DNA from: Eledone cirrhosa
Taxonomy: Eukaryota
Direction: 5' to 3'
Length of the DNA: 64,000 bases
NCBI GenBank assembly: GCA_964016885.1
Contig: OZ024742.1
Coordinates: 320,292,001 to 320,356,000 of the forward strand
The notes under the pieces: generated by a model
The model's database searches: none
The model's input: only the letters and a program-made list of their open reading frames with translations
What the model was told of the DNA's origin: nothing
Program-made: the position numbers and the translations under genes
In this document: positions 13,062-27,732 of the stretch, piece by piece
Numbering within the stretch: position 1 is the stretch's first letter
Layout: each line of letters starts with the position of its first letter

Positions 13062-16000
13062 GCCTACGGCCCTTTCGGGTCAATGCGGCCGGACTTCTTC
13101 CATCGTCTGGAGACTTTTCTAGGGACGTCTCTCTCCTTGCTATTAGCGGGGGACTGGAATGGTATTCTAGATGCACGTTGGGACTACGTAGGGGCCTGTC
13201 CTGATAGAGAGGGGTGTAATAGCCTCAAAGGGTTAATCGGTCGATTTCACCTGGCCGATAGATATCGACTAGATTTTCCGACTTCGCCAACCTGGACTTG
13301 GGCAAATCGCAGCGGATCATCTAGGTCGTACCTAGATAGGTTCTTAGTTAGAAATAAGGATAAGGACTTTTTAAGTTGTCCAAAAATGCGCATGGTTGGC
13401 TATTCAGACCACAAGTTAGTGAGCTGCATGGTCAACCTTGACAGAACGCATAGACAGGGACCCGGTTACTGGAAGCTCAACTTGTCCTTACCGGCAAGTA
13501 AGGCTTACAGGGACCGGATTAGCACTTTAGTTAAGGAGCGGTTGACGGGCGCCATCGTCAACAGCAGGTGGTGGGGATCTCTCAAAAGAGAGATTAGAGT
13601 AGTCTCTATAGAATTTAGTAAGGAGTTAGCCTCAAATAGAAATAGGAAGGAACGGGAGTTGGTAGATAGTGTAGAAGAGGCAATTAAAAGCGGCGACGTG
13701 GCCAGAGTGCTAGCGTCGAGAACGTCCCTGGGCCAGTTCTTCGACGCGAAACACGAAGGCTGCATCGTCCGAAGCAAAATACGTGCTCTGGGAAACGAGG
13801 GGACCAAAGCTGTTAGCTGGGCCCGCGTGACAGAAGCCAAAAGAGGGAGTAGATCCACTATCCAGTCTTTGCGAGACCAGGATGGACGGGTGATCTTTGA
13901 AACTAAGCAGATGTGCGAGGCTTTTCAAAAGCACTTTGCCGGATTGTTCGGAAGGGGCGGGGAGCCGGTTGAGGATGTGGACTTCGGTCCATACCTCGAC
14001 GGCCTGCCGCGTCTCTCGGACAGGGAGGCGAAGTCCTGCGAGGAGCCGATTTCAGCCGCTGTGATAGAGGACGTGCTGAGCCAATGCGGCAAACGCAAAT
14101 CCCCGGGTCTCGATGGTCTTCCATACGAACTATATCTAGCTATGCCGGACTTGTTCCTCGATCTCCTCGAGGCGGTCTACTGCAACTAGCAACAGAACGG
14201 GAGAATTCCCTGTGCTGTACCAAGGGCGTAGTCACGCTAGTGAGGAAGGACGGGAACAAGGGGGACGATATAAATAATTTCAGGCCCATAACTCTGCTAA
14301 ATACAGAGTTACAAATTTTGGCCAAGGTGCTAGCAAAGAGGTTGGCGCTTGTCGTGGGCAACCTGGTGGGAGATGCGCAGACATGTGCTATCCCGTCCAG
14401 GTCCATCCACGACAACCTCCACCTCATGCGATACATCATAGAGAGGGTTGGGAACGAACCCGGCTTTGGTGGGGCCCTGATCAACTTGGATCAATTTAAA
14501 GCGTTCGATAGGGTCGACCATGGTTACCTGGATGCGGTGCTAGCGGCGGCAGGCTTCGGACTCGTTTTCAGGGGCTGGATCAATGCCATACACAGCAGCC
14601 GCATCTGCTCTAGGGTCAAGGTGAACGGCTACCTCTCGGAGCCGTTCGAAATCGCACGGTCCATCCGACAAGGGTGCCCTCTCTCCTCCCTTCTGTATGT
14701 AATGACTTTAGAGCCACTGCTGCGGAAGTTGGAGTTGTTGCAGGGCATCCCGTTGGAACCGGGATTGCGGAAAGCGGTGTCGGCCTACGCCGACGACGTA
14801 ACAGTAATGATGTCGACGGCCTCGGAAATCGGGGCGATCGGCACCTTACTGGAGGAGTACGAAAGGTTTACAGGGGCTAAGCTGAACCGGGACAAGTCGA
14901 TCGGTCTGCAGCTCGGCACGTGGAGGGGCAGATCGATGCCCTCCGATGGCGTCGTCGGGCGCTGGACAGAGGGCCCGGTGAAGTTGCTCGGGGTCTGGTT
15001 CGGACCAGAACTCCAGGTGGAGAAGAACTGGGGTGAGGTAACGAACAGGGTGTTTGCACTGACCCAGAAGTGGGCCGAGTGCAAACTGTCCCTGAAAGGT
15101 CAGGCGGAGGTTGCGAACACTTATATAGCGTCCGTCATCTACTACCGCCTGACCGTTGTGCCTTGCCCAAGGGAAACGCTCGCCAAAATGGAGCGCGCAC
15201 TCTTCCAATTCCTTTGGAAGAAGCGGGCTCCTATGGTGAGGAGATCCATCTGCTGTCAACACCCTTCGAAAGGAGGGCTGGGGATGCCGTGGCTAATGAT
15301 ACGTAAACACGTATTAAGGCTACGGCACCTCCAGGTATTCCTCACCGGTCAACCGGTGTGGGCCCCGTTTGTGAGGCGAGCCTTTCCCAGACTCGTCTCA
15401 CTCACCGAGCTGCAATCCTGGGTCAAGCAAAGACCGAGAAAACTGGGCACCTAGCACACCGAGTGTCCCCAGGCGCTCACGGCTCTCTGGCAGGCGGACC
15501 GGCTGTCAGTGGAGAATCCACCTCGTCATTCTATAGAGGGCTGGTGGTTAGCAGGTGCGACGACGCCCTCGGAGAAGCCCTAGGCATGGAGGAAGACGAA
15601 CTGGCCAACCTGTTCGGTAGGACATTCAGCCCGGGACCCATGGATAACTTCCAGAGGTCCCTGGCCTGGCAGTGCTACAGAAGGGCTCTGCCCGTTCGAG
15701 AAAGGCTCTACAGACACGGGCGCCCGGGTAGGGACCCCTCGAAAAAGATCTGTCCCAGGTGCGTGTGCGACGAGGAAATCGTTGCACACGCATTGGTACA
15801 CTGCTCGGGCATTACCGATCTGTGGGGCTATGTCGAACAACTGCTGTCAAGGGTGGGACCGATCTGGTTGACCACCGAGTCTATTGTAACGATCAAGCCG
15901 CCTCCCCTCTTAAAAAACGAAGAAGAGGCGGTGTTTCTGTGCGTAATAGCCATGGCGAAAGAGGTTGTATGGTGGACGCGTCTGAAAGGACTGAGGTCAG

Positions 16001-16425
16001 ACACCTTTCTCTCTGGCCAACAACTGGTCCGTTTTTCCGATATCATTTAGGAAGAAGGATCAGGATGGAGAGAGAGGTGCTGCACCCCAGTCATTTTTAT
16101 GAAAGGTGGGTGAAAGTGGCGAGAATGGCCCGTGTGAATGGGCCTTCACTCTACATCAGACTATAGGTGAGGAAGATGAAAGACCAAGGGAGCACCCCCT
16201 CTCTGTGCTCCTGAGGAGGTTGCACACTTTTTTTCGGGGGTGTGTGCGACCCCCCAAGGCGCCTCCTCCCTATGGAGGATTTTGTTATAAATTTTATTTT
16301 GTTATATTTTATTTTATTTTTATATTTTGTTATTGCCTCCTCCTTATTGAGGACGCCTTGTTATGTAAACTCCCCCCATTGTACTTGTCCCACTTTTGAT
16401 GCCCTGGTGGCAAATAAAAAGAAAG
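13062..16425 (+). mobile_element. L1/Tx1-clade LINE copy A, 5'-truncated inside the APE domain, inactivated
   Basis: GDWN, SYLDRF, SDH, GPGYWKLN, KSPGLDG, FRPITLLN, KAFDRV, IRQGCPLS, YADD, CPRC..H..HC; TAG stops at ~14187 and ~15452; AATAAAAAGAAA end. Confidence 0.93.
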
Positions 16426-16812
16426 TTATCTATCTATCTACCTACCTACCTACGTACCTACCTATCTCTCTATCTACCTACCTACCTACCTACCTACCTA
16501 CCTACCTACCTACCTACCTACCTACCTACCTACCTACCTATCTCTCTATCTACCTACCTACCTACCTACCTACCTACCTATCTCTCTACCTACCTACCTA
16601 CCTACCTACCTACCTACCTACCTACCTACCTACCTACCTATCTCCCTACCTACCTACCTACCTACCTACCTACCTACCTACCTACCTACCTACCTACCTA
16701 CCTACCTACCTACCTACCTACCTACCTACCTACCTACATGCCTACCTACGTACCTATCTATCTATCTACCTACCTACCTACCTACCTACCTACCTACCTA
16801 CCTATCTATCTA
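16426..16812. repeat. (TACC)n microsatellite between the two Tx1 copies
   Basis: Seen directly. Confidence 0.97.
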
Positions 16813-19800
16813 CCCCGAAGGGAAAACTTTTTCGAACTGTGTAAACAAACCTAATTTAAAGATGATTAGGGTCCGTACGGACACCTAGAAGTCTTTAAAG
16901 GAAAACTTTCCTAAGGACGTGGATAATCCTTGTGTTAAACCCATTAACCGCGTCCTTTTAAAAAGTTTCCCCACCCTCACCCCAGACACCCCCACCCCAC
17001 CAAACATCTCCGTCCCCACCCCGCCGGAAACTACCACCCACCCAGACAACTCCTCTAACATCCCCATGGAAACCGTGCGGCCTGTTCCCCGGGAGACGAA
17101 GAGGTGAGTGTTTTCTTCTCCTCTTTTAACTTTTCAGAACCAACATGGCCAATATAAGAGTTGGGTATGTGAATGTACGCGGCCTGGGGATGCCCAGGAA
17201 ACAGGGCAAACTCTTAAACGACCTCAGGTCGCACAGTATTGATGTAGTAGCCATTTTCGAGTCCAGGATCCGCAGCGAGCGACAGCTGGCTCCCATCTTC
17301 GATGACTTTGAGATCTACGCATCTCTCTGTGAGCCGGGGGGTGGGGGCGGGGTTGCCGTTTTGCTGCGGAAAAACCTGGGCCTCGTAACACAGACGGTAC
17401 ATCTAGACCCGGAGGGTCGACTGGTGGTCCTAGACGTTGACGGTAGTGAAGGTGGAGACTTCAGGCTGGTGGCCGCATATGCCCCATCCGGGACAGCGCG
17501 GCTAGACTTCTTCAAACGTCTAGAGACTATTCTGGGAACGTCCCGCTCCTGGCTTTTAGTGGGGGACTGGAATGGAATCCTAGATGCACGTTGGGACTAT
17601 GTGGGAGCATGTCCCGATAAAGAGGGGTGTAACATCCTCAAACAGTTAATCGGCCGATTTGACCTGGCCGATAGATATCGACTAGATTTTCCGACTGTGC
17701 CACTGTGGACGTGGACTAATCGGAGCGGAACATCTAGATCATACCTAGATAGGGTTCTAGTTAGAAATAAGGATAGGGACATGTTAAGCTGTCCACATAT
17801 GTTCATGGTTGCCTATTCAGATCACAAACTAGTGAGCTGCATGGTCAACCTTCATAGAACCCATAGACAAGGACCCGGCTACTGGAAGCTGAACTTGTCG
17901 TTACCGACATGCAAAGCCTACAGTAGACGGATTAGCACTTTAGTTAAACAGCACTTGACAGGGGCCATTGTCAACAACAGATGGTGGTACGCTCTCAAGA
18001 GGGCAGTTAGATTAGACTCGTTAGTTTTTAGTAAAGAATTAGCGTTAGATAGAAATAGAACCGAGAAAGAACTGGTAGATAAAGTAGAAGAGGCAATTAG
18101 AAGTGGCAACGTAGCCAGCGTGCTAGCAACGAGAACGGCCTTGGACCAGTTCTTCGACGCAAAGCATGAGGGCTGCGTTGTCAGAAGCAAAATACGTGCT
18201 CTGGGAAACGAGGGAGCCAAAGCTGTTAGCTGCGCCCGGGTGACGGAGGCAAAAAGTGGCAACAAGTCCACGATTCGGTCTTTGAAGCACCAAAACGGAC
18301 GCGTAATACGTGAGCCGAAGCAGATGTGTGCGGCCTTTCAGCGGCACTTTGCTCAGCTGTTCGGGGGGAGCGGCGCGCCGGGAGGGGCTATGGATTTCGG
18401 TCCATACCTCGACGGCCTACCGCGACTCTCGGACACCGAGGCAAAGTTCTGCGAAAAGCCGATTTCAGCCGCTGAGATAGGGGACGCGCTGAGCCAATGC
18501 GGCAAACGCAAATCTCCAGGTCTCGACGGTCTACCCTACGAATTTTACGTAGTAATGCCGGACTTATTCTCCGGTCTCTTGGAAGCGGTCTACTGCAACT
18601 GGCAACAGAACGGGAGAATTCCCAGTTCTGTGACCGGGGGCGTAGTCACACTAGTTAGGAAGGACGAGAATAAGGGGGATGACATAGGCAACTTCCGGCC
18701 CATAACTCTGCTAAACACAGAGTTACAGATTTTGGCCAAGGTGTTGGCAAAGAGGCTGGCGCTTGTCGTCGAGAACCTGGTGGGAGAAGCGCAGACATGC
18801 GCAATCCCGACCAGGTCCATACACGACAACCTCTACCTCATGCGATACATCATAGAGAGGGTAGGGTGTAAACCCGGCTTCGGTGGGGCCCTGATCAACT
18901 TGGATCAATCTAAGGCTTTCGATAGGGTTGACCATCGTTACCTGGATGCGGTGCTCGAGGCGGCAGGCTTCGGACTCGTGTTCAGGGGCTGGATTGCTGC
19001 AATGCATAACAGCAACATCTGCTCAAGGGTTCCATATCACGCGATCCATTCGACAGGGATGTCCTCTCTCCTCCCTTCTGTACGTATTGACTCTCGAGCC
19101 ACTACTGCAGAAGTTGGAGCTATTGCAGGGCATCCTTCTGGAACCGGGACTGCGGAATGCGGCGTCGGCCTACGCCGACGACGTGACAGTAATGGTGTCG
19201 AGCGCCTCGCAAATCGAGGAAGTCGGCACCTTACTGAAGGAATACGAAAGGTTCACAGGAGCGAAGCTGAACCGGGACAAGTCCATCGGTTTGCAATTCG
19301 GATCGTGGAGAGGCAAACCGATGCCTCCCGATGGCGTCGTCGGACGCTGGACGGAAGGACCAGGAAAGCTGCTCGAGGTCTGGTTTGGTCCGGACCTCCA
19401 GGTGGAGAAGAACTGGAACGAGGTGTCGGCCAAGGTGTTTGCACTCACCCAGAAGTGGGCCGAGTGCAAACTATCCTTGAAAGGTCGAGCGGAGGTGGCG
19501 AACACTTTCATAGCGTCCGCCATCTAATACCGCTTGACCGTCGTGCCTTGTCCAGCCAAAACGCTCGCCAAAATGGAGCGCGCGCTCTTCCAATTCCTTT
19601 GGAAGAGGGGGGCTCCTCTGGTGAGAAGATCCATCTGCTGCCAACGCCCTTCCAACGGAGGGCTGGGGTTGCCGTGGCTGACGATGCGCAACCACGCACT
19701 CAGGCTGCGGCATCTCTACGTATTCCTCACCGGACAACCGGTGTGGGCCCCGTTCGTGAGGCGAGCCTTCCCACGACTCGTCTCGCTGACCGAGCTGTCC

Positions 19801-20786
19801 TGGGTCAAGCAAAGACCGAGGAAAATGGGCGACTGGCACATCGAATGTGCTCAGGCGCTCACAGCCCTCTGGCAGGCGGACCCGGCGATCAGTGGAGACT
19901 CCACTTCGTCATTCTATAGAGGGTTGATCCGCAGCAAGTGCGTCGACGTGCTAGGTGAAAGTCTGGGCGTAGAGGAAGACGAACTGGCCAGTCTGTTCGG
20001 TAGGACCTTCCGCCCGAGACCGATGAACAACTTCCAAAAATCCCTGGCCTGGCAGTGCTACCGAGGCGCTCTACCAGTTCGAGACAAGCTCTACAGACAT
20101 GGGCGCCCGAGCAGGGACCCTGCAAAAAAGATCTGTCCGAGGTGCGTGCGAGACGAAGAAACCGTCGCGCACGCATTCATACACTGCCCGGGCGTCACCG
20201 ACCTGTGGGGCTTTGTAGAACGACTATTGTCGCGGGTGGGACCAATCCGGTTGACCACCGAGTCCATTGTCATGATCAAACCGCCACCCTCCTTCAAAAA
20301 CGAAGGAGAGGCCGTTTTCCTTTGTGTGATAGCTATTGCGAAAGAGGTTGTATGTTGGACAAGGTTGAAAGGGCTGAGGTCAGACACCTTTCTCTCCGGC
20401 CAACAACTGATTCTTTTTTACAAATACCACTTTGGAAGAAGAATCAGGATGGAGAGAGAGGTGCTGTACCCCAGCAAGTTTTATGTAAGGTGGGTGAAAG
20501 TGGCGAGAATGGCCCGAGTGAATGGGCCTTCCTCTATATCAGCCTGTAGGTTGAGGAAAAGGAGGAGGAGAGGAAAGGAGTACAAACTCTTCGTACTCCT
20601 GGAGATGAGGGTTGCACACTTTTTCGAGGGTATGTGTTACCCATATGAACTGTCTCCCCCTATTGGGGAAAATCGACTAATTTTTAAATTACATTTGTGA
20701 TAATATTTTACACGTTTTTATTGTATGTAAATTTCCCCCTTCGTATTTGTCCCCTTCTTTTGTGCCCCTGTGGCTAATAAAGAAAC
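16813..20786 (+). mobile_element. L1/Tx1-clade LINE copy B: ORF1 tail plus complete but disrupted ORF2 (APE-RT-CCHC)
   Basis: Pro/Thr-rich ORF end at 17107; ORF2 ATG 17145 MANIRVGYVNVRGL; ~29-bp deletion near 19031 relative to copy A; TAA at ~19525; AATAAAGAAA end. Confidence 0.93.
17145..20700 (+). pseudogene. ORF2 (apurinic endonuclease plus reverse transcriptase) of Tx1 copy B
   Basis: Pieces 17145-~19030, 18928-19527 and 19534-20700 are collinear with copy A. Confidence 0.9.
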
Positions 20787-21743
20787 ATATCTATCTAGCT
20801 ATCTATCCACCCTCTCTCTCTTCCCACACACTCACGTATATATGTGTATGTATGTGTGTGTGTGAGTCCCGGGTTCAATCGGGGCTAACCATAGTAAGTT
20901 ATTCCGGGTTGAATCGGAGGTAACGACAGTAAGTAAGGTACTCAATACATAGCAGAGTATAAAAGTTTTAATATAGATGAGATTCTACAGGACTAGAACT
21001 GTTTCATTTTTGAGAAATCATCAGGATAATATTTTTTATTGGAGAAGGTAAGTTTTTTCCCCGCAAATTTTGATTGCACTGTTTTGTTTCCACTTATGTA
21101 CTTTTCGAAAATGTTATTTATTCATTATAAAAATTAAATGATAGCATTCTATTTCCTCTAGCCATGGGGCTTGGAGACATGAACCGAATGCTACCATTCT
21201 ATTTTATATCAATGTGAATTGCTATTTTTAGTGGCCATCTTTTCACCCCTTGATAATTTGTGTGTGAGACACGTTGGCTGAGGGCTTCTGACAGGAACGA
21301 AAAGATTGATTCTTTTTAGCTTCCCGTCCCCACGTAAAATTTGTAAATCAGTGGCTAGTTGAGAGATAGTCCTATCGGGTGCCAGTTGCTAATAGCTTTA
21401 CCGTGTCAGTCGTCACAAACAGTCATGGCCGGCATAGGCTGGTCTTAGGATTCTGTCGATCGATTGATTATTGATTAGGCGATACCCACTGATGAAGCTG
21501 CATAACCCGATTGTGCATTGTTGCATAATATATGCAGACAGATGGTGCAGTGCACCTTACTGCTGCATTGGTGCGGCAGAAACTCGAGACCGGGAACCTT
21601 ATAGGCACCCGTTTTACGTGTGTTGTGTTGAAGCAAATAACTATGTGTATACTCTGGCAATGTATCTTACATTACCCATGGAGTACGCTAAGATACAACC
21701 GGTACTGGCATTGATCAATATGGTGGGTCCGTCAACCCTTATT

Positions 21744-21787
<44 letters not shown>

Positions 21788-21790
<3 letters not shown>

Positions 21791-21972
21791 CAAAGGAAAT
21801 ATGGTAAGGAACCAGATGGACCATAACGCACCAGAGTACTCAATACTTAGGGTAGTAGAGTGGGAAATAGGAAAAAGTATGACCCCGACGGCAGAGCTCA
21901 AGCCGTTTCGACGGCTATTTCTGGAAATAGCCGTCGAAACGGCTTGAGCACTGCCGTCGGGGTCATACTTTT

Positions 21973-21977
<5 letters not shown>
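21788..21977 (-). mobile_element. Family H fold-back element, copy 2, in (TA)n
   Basis: GAAAAAGTATGACCCCGACGGCAG...CTGCCGTCGGGGTCATACTTTTTTC palindrome; tail is the reverse complement of 6993-7072. Confidence 0.75.
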
Positions 21978-22012
<35 letters not shown>

Positions 22013-22403
22013 CAAAATAACAGATTAAAGTTTAAGCAAAGAATCGCTGCTTTCACTCTTAACGGGTTCTTCTGAAACTAACAAAGTCAATCTGTGAACG
22101 CAGAAATAAATATTTAAAAAAACGTTGCAACCGAAAGAAGACAGGAAGACGATACTTTGGTTCGTGCAAACGTTCCCTGGCAAAGAACGGAAAAAAACGA
22201 AAATTATACGTCATTATTTGGTACGGTGAAAACAATTACACGCAAAGACAAAACCACGTGTATGGTATAAATGAAGTCGTAGACTAATATTCTATTAGGT
22301 GGTTCATGGAAACGTTCTCTGGCAATGAACGGAAAAAACGAAGATAATACGTCATTATGTGGATCAGTGAGAACGAATACACGCAAAGTTTTTCGAATAT
22401 TAA

Positions 22404-22692
22404 TAATGGTTTCTAGTATAGGCACAAGGCCAGTAATTTGGGGGGAGAGGAAAGTCCGACCCTCTACCGATACTAATAATAACATTCGATTCGTTTGCAA
22501 TTATGCAAACAAGCCTATTTTTAACGCCATGTCAGTAAAATAGCCCCTCATTCTTGCTCTTGTGTTGGCATATTCAGCCATGTAGTTCAAATCCCGCCGA
22601 GGTTAACTTTGCCTTTCATCCTTACGGGGTCGATAAAATAAAGTACCAGTAATGTACTGGGTAATTTCTGGCCTTGTGCCAATAGTAGAAAC

Positions 22693-22696
<4 letters not shown>
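22404..22696. mobile_element. Two partial SINE S1 copies in opposite orientations
   Basis: GGCACAAGGCCAG..CCGACCCTCTACCGATACT (-) at 22404-22475; GTTCAAATCCCGCCGAGG core (+) at 22580-22696. Confidence 0.8.
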
Positions 22697-22741
<45 letters not shown>

Positions 22742-22842
22742 GCCAATCATTGTAACTTTGAATCTAACTGACATGCAAAAACATATATATAGGAATAAGG
22801 TAATCCCAAATCATAGTAGATTCAAATATCACCGAGAAAAAG

Positions 22843-22910
<68 letters not shown>

Positions 22911-23005
22911 GAGGTGGAACAGAAATGAAACATGAATTACAGGTTAAAATGTAGTCTAGATAGATGAGAAAACAAAACGTAGTTTATGGAACACCCAAAT
23001 GATTT

Positions 23006-23452
23006 AGAAGTCGACCTTAAGTAGAAGTAGAAGCAATAACATTAAGAAAGACATGAATGACACCACATCATTCGTTTTGAAAATTTTAAAAGTAGGTTTA
23101 TATGTATGAATTTTCATAAGATTTTCGTAGTTGTCTCTAGCGGTAGGTACAATCTTGGTCAATCTTAGGTTCAATCCTGGTCAAGAGGTACATGTAACCT
23201 TTTTCAGTTTTTATTTTACAACCAATAGAAAAAACTGAAAAGGTTTACCGGGAACTCTACTCCCGACCAGGATCGAACTTCAGACCAGGATCACCACCGT
23301 CTATAATTCTCCCAACTAGGCCACCGAGACAGCTACAACAGTATGATGAAAATTCATAATTATAAACCTACTTTCAAAATCAAAGTTAAAAACATGTGGT
23401 GTCGTTCATGGCTTTCCTAGAGCTATTAGTAATATTTAGGGTTGACTTCTGG
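23006..23452. repeat. Diverged ~450-bp inverted repeat containing tRNA-like A/B boxes
   Basis: Complementary blocks e.g. CATGAATGACACCACAT / ATGTGGTGTCGTTCATG, AAAGTAGGTTTATA / TATAAACCTACTTT, GTTCAATCCTGGTC / GACCAGGATCGAAC. Confidence 0.75.
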
Positions 23453-24229
23453 TCATTATTGAAAGTTTCTGGATTTCGCAAAATACATAATATCCTAAGA
23501 CCTTGATTTCCGTCATCAGTAAGATTCGGTCTTCACTTTATATATTTCACACTGCACAAAAATACTAGTCATTACCCAGGGAATTAGTTTTTGAAAGGCT
23601 CTCCACGTGGTGCTAAAATAACGTTTAACAGAAGGGGAGAGATAATAAAGGAGTGCTAGAAAGAGCTCGGAGCAAGTCCTATTTAGACAACTCAAAGTAA
23701 TTTTAACACATTAGAAGTAGAAATATGCTAATTTTAGATTTAATCAATACATATAAAATATATATATAAACGTTTCTCAGTACAAAGCTCCATGAACATT
23801 AGTTCAGGGCATTATACAAGTTTAAACGAAATATAACAAGATATATCATTTGAGAAACAGCTAGTATTTTGTACATATATACTGAATAAATATGTCAATA
23901 AATATACATACTTCAAGACAGTATGATGGCCTAAATATCCACGAGGAGAACCTTTTCTGTTACTCCATTTTGAGTAGAGTGACAGAATAAGACCAGAAAG
24001 AAGGGGAGTCACAAAAGTGAACAATTAGCCATTAAGGAGGTCGCAGAATGTGTGACGAAAGAACTTTGATGAACTAACTATTAATTATAAATACAAATAA
24101 AGTGAAAAAGTGAAAATCATATGGGGCATTTTTTTATGGCAATACTACAATATGACCATCTCCAAATATAGCAATATCGGTTTCAACACACGATTCACAT
24201 CAAGAATCTTGCAAAACAGATGCATACAC

Positions 24230-24273
<44 letters not shown>

Positions 24274-24284
24274 CACAAAAATTG

Positions 24285-24512
24285 CGTATCTCCAATTGGG
24301 ACCTGGAACATCACAACCCTTGCAGGTAAGAAGTAGTGGAGGAGGCTAGATGGTATCAGCAAGATATACCCAGGATTTTCTCAATAAAGTTCCGTGGCTC
24401 TGATACAGTAGATTTGGATGGAGGATGGAAACTCCACTCTTCACGTGTGGACCCAGAAATGACTGCACAAGTGACAGTGGGAATACTCAAAATCCCCCGA
24501 CTGCCAGAACAC
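24285..24512 (+). pseudogene. Degenerate APE fragment of an RTE (Expander/Rex3-like) LINE
   Basis: IGTWNITTLAGK..EEARWYQQDI..GSDTVDLDGGWKLHSSRV..VTVGIL. Confidence 0.65.
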
Positions 24513-24514
24513 AA

Positions 24515-24611
<97 letters not shown>

Positions 24612-25046
24612 CTCCTGAGGCAGTCTATTTTCCATTGTTAGCTCAGAAACTGGCTTTAAACATGGAATTTCTCAACCGTCTTTCTGACTTGAGTACATGC
24701 CAAGTTCTTGGAGGAATGCCAACTAAACAACAGAGAAAAAAATAGCACATCTATTAATTTCCAATAGTTCAGATCAGGGTGATTTCAAATAGAATTAGAG
24801 AGAGAAAGAGAGGAAAAGAGGGGGAGAGGTGGGGTGGGGAAGATATAACCAGAGAGAAGAGAGAGAGAGAGAGGTGGGGTGGGGAAGATAGAACCAGGCA
24901 GAGAGAGAGAAATAGAGAGAGTGAAAGAGATGGAGAGAAAGAGAGAGAGAAAGAGATTATAAGCAAGCTATATATGTCTAATTTACATATATATGTTTTA
25001 GGTATATATCTTGTATATATGTATGTATGTATACACAAACGAGCAT

Positions 25047-25149
<103 letters not shown>

Positions 25150-25689
25150 AAGAAGGTATAGTTATCTTACTATGCCGGATTGTAAATATTGCAAAAAATA
25201 ATATTGGCGGCAATTACGACGGTGGTTGTTATAGTTGTTGTTGTGGTGGTGGTAATGGCGGTTGTGAAAGTGGGTAGTAGTGGTTGGTGTTGTTGTATAG
25301 GGAGTGTAAATGATGATAACTGTGGTTATGTCTGTCGGTACTGGGGTGGTGTTGAGAGAAGATGATGATGGCGACGACAACGATGATGATGGTAAAGAAT
25401 GTGATGTAATATGGTTATAATAATGAGACGGCACTGCAAATATTGAACCAGACTATGCAATGTACTGACAGTAAAACTGTAAAGGTTAAAAAGATTATAC
25501 ACACATATATACGCTACATATTACGACGGCTTCATCCTGATAACGTCCGTCACCAGTAATTAGTGCAGGCTGGTTGTTGTTATGCTGGGAGGGTTGGAGT
25601 ATATATATATACATATATATAATTCTTTTTCATTTTGCTGACTGGACCATTATTATTTAGTTGTTATTATGATAGTGATGAGTTGCGCC

Positions 25690-25818
25690 CCTTACCATTC
25701 TGAGTTCAAATCCCGCCGAGGTTAACTTTGCCTTTCATCCTTACGAGGTCGATAAAATAAAGTACCAGTAATACACTGGGGTAATAGCTGGCCTTGTGCC
25801 AAAAGTAGAAGCAATTAT
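25690..25818 (+). mobile_element. SINE S1, 5'-truncated
   Basis: Core sequence nearly identical to other copies. Confidence 0.85.
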
Positions 25819-26098
25819 GATAGTGATGCCAATGCTAATAATAATAATTATTATTACAATTATTGTTGTTGTTGTCAGTATTATTGTTATTCGGGCATAG
25901 CAGGAAACAAAACTACTAGTTACACACATTCACACACACAATTCCCCAACATCTGTTAGACGCGAGTTACAAGTTGGCATAGCCACACATCTCTCCGTCT
26001 CTCTTAACCTTTGAAAATCATGAAACCTGTGAAACCGGTAAACTTATAAATTATTGTAAATAAACCTTCTTAAAGACTCCATTTTGAACTTCTTTTTC

Positions 26099-26839
<741 letters not shown>

Positions 26840-26845
<6 letters not shown>

Positions 26846-27255
26846 TAAGATCAAAAGATGGTTAAAGGAGTTCCATGTATTTTATTATGCGCATTTCAAA
26901 AACAAACATCATCATGCAATAATATTTGTGTTTTCATCAGATAAAACAGGAGAACATGATATGAAGGCTAAAAAACACTTGTGCATAGTGCAGTTTTAAA
27001 TCAACATATAACTGCACTATCCACAAGTGATTTTTAGCCTTCATATCATGTTCTCCTGTTTTATCTGATGAAAACACAAATATTATTGCATGATGTTGTT
27101 TGTTTTTGAAATGCGCATAATAAAATACATGGAACTCCTTTAACCATCTTTTGATCTTATATATTATGTATACTCCAGTCCTACAAACTGTAGAGTGCTT
27201 CTTATCCGATATCTGCATTGCTTTATTGTACTACAATAAAACTCACCTCCAACAT
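26840..27255. mobile_element. Solo fold-back PLE terminal repeat (pLTR), with an HHR in each arm
   Basis: 26843-27008 is the reverse complement of 27011-27162; same family as 53491-53888 and 57218-57625. Confidence 0.9.
27057..27127 (+). ncRNA. Type I hammerhead ribozyme (pLTR family A)
   Basis: TGTTTTAT-CTGATGA-stem II-GAAA-TGCGCA-TA-ATAAAATA; stem I pairs, stem III palindromic ATGCGCAT, AUA cleavage triplet. Confidence 0.85.
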
Positions 27256-27276
27256 TAAATAAATATATATATATAT

Positions 27277-27350
<74 letters not shown>

Positions 27351-27641
27351 TATATATATAAATATATATATATAAATATATATATATAAATATATATATA
27401 TAAATATATATATATAAATATATATATATAAATATATATATATAAATATATATATATAAATATATATATATATAAATATATATATATATAAATATATATA
27501 TATATAAATATATATATATATAAATATATATAAATATATATATATATAAATATATATATATATAAATATATATATATATAAATATATATATATATAAATA
27601 TATATATATATAAATATATATAAATATATATATATATAAAT

Positions 27642-27691
<50 letters not shown>

Positions 27692-27700
27692 ATAAATATA

Positions 27701-27732
<32 letters not shown>

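Noticed and set aside
22165-22390. ~141-bp diverged tandem duplication
   Set aside because: Two degenerate copies with no structure or coding signal
25520-26045. HHR-like motifs CTGGTGA..GAAG (minus, ~25530) and GAAACCGGTA (~26031)
   Set aside because: Core mismatches and no convincing stem I or II pairing
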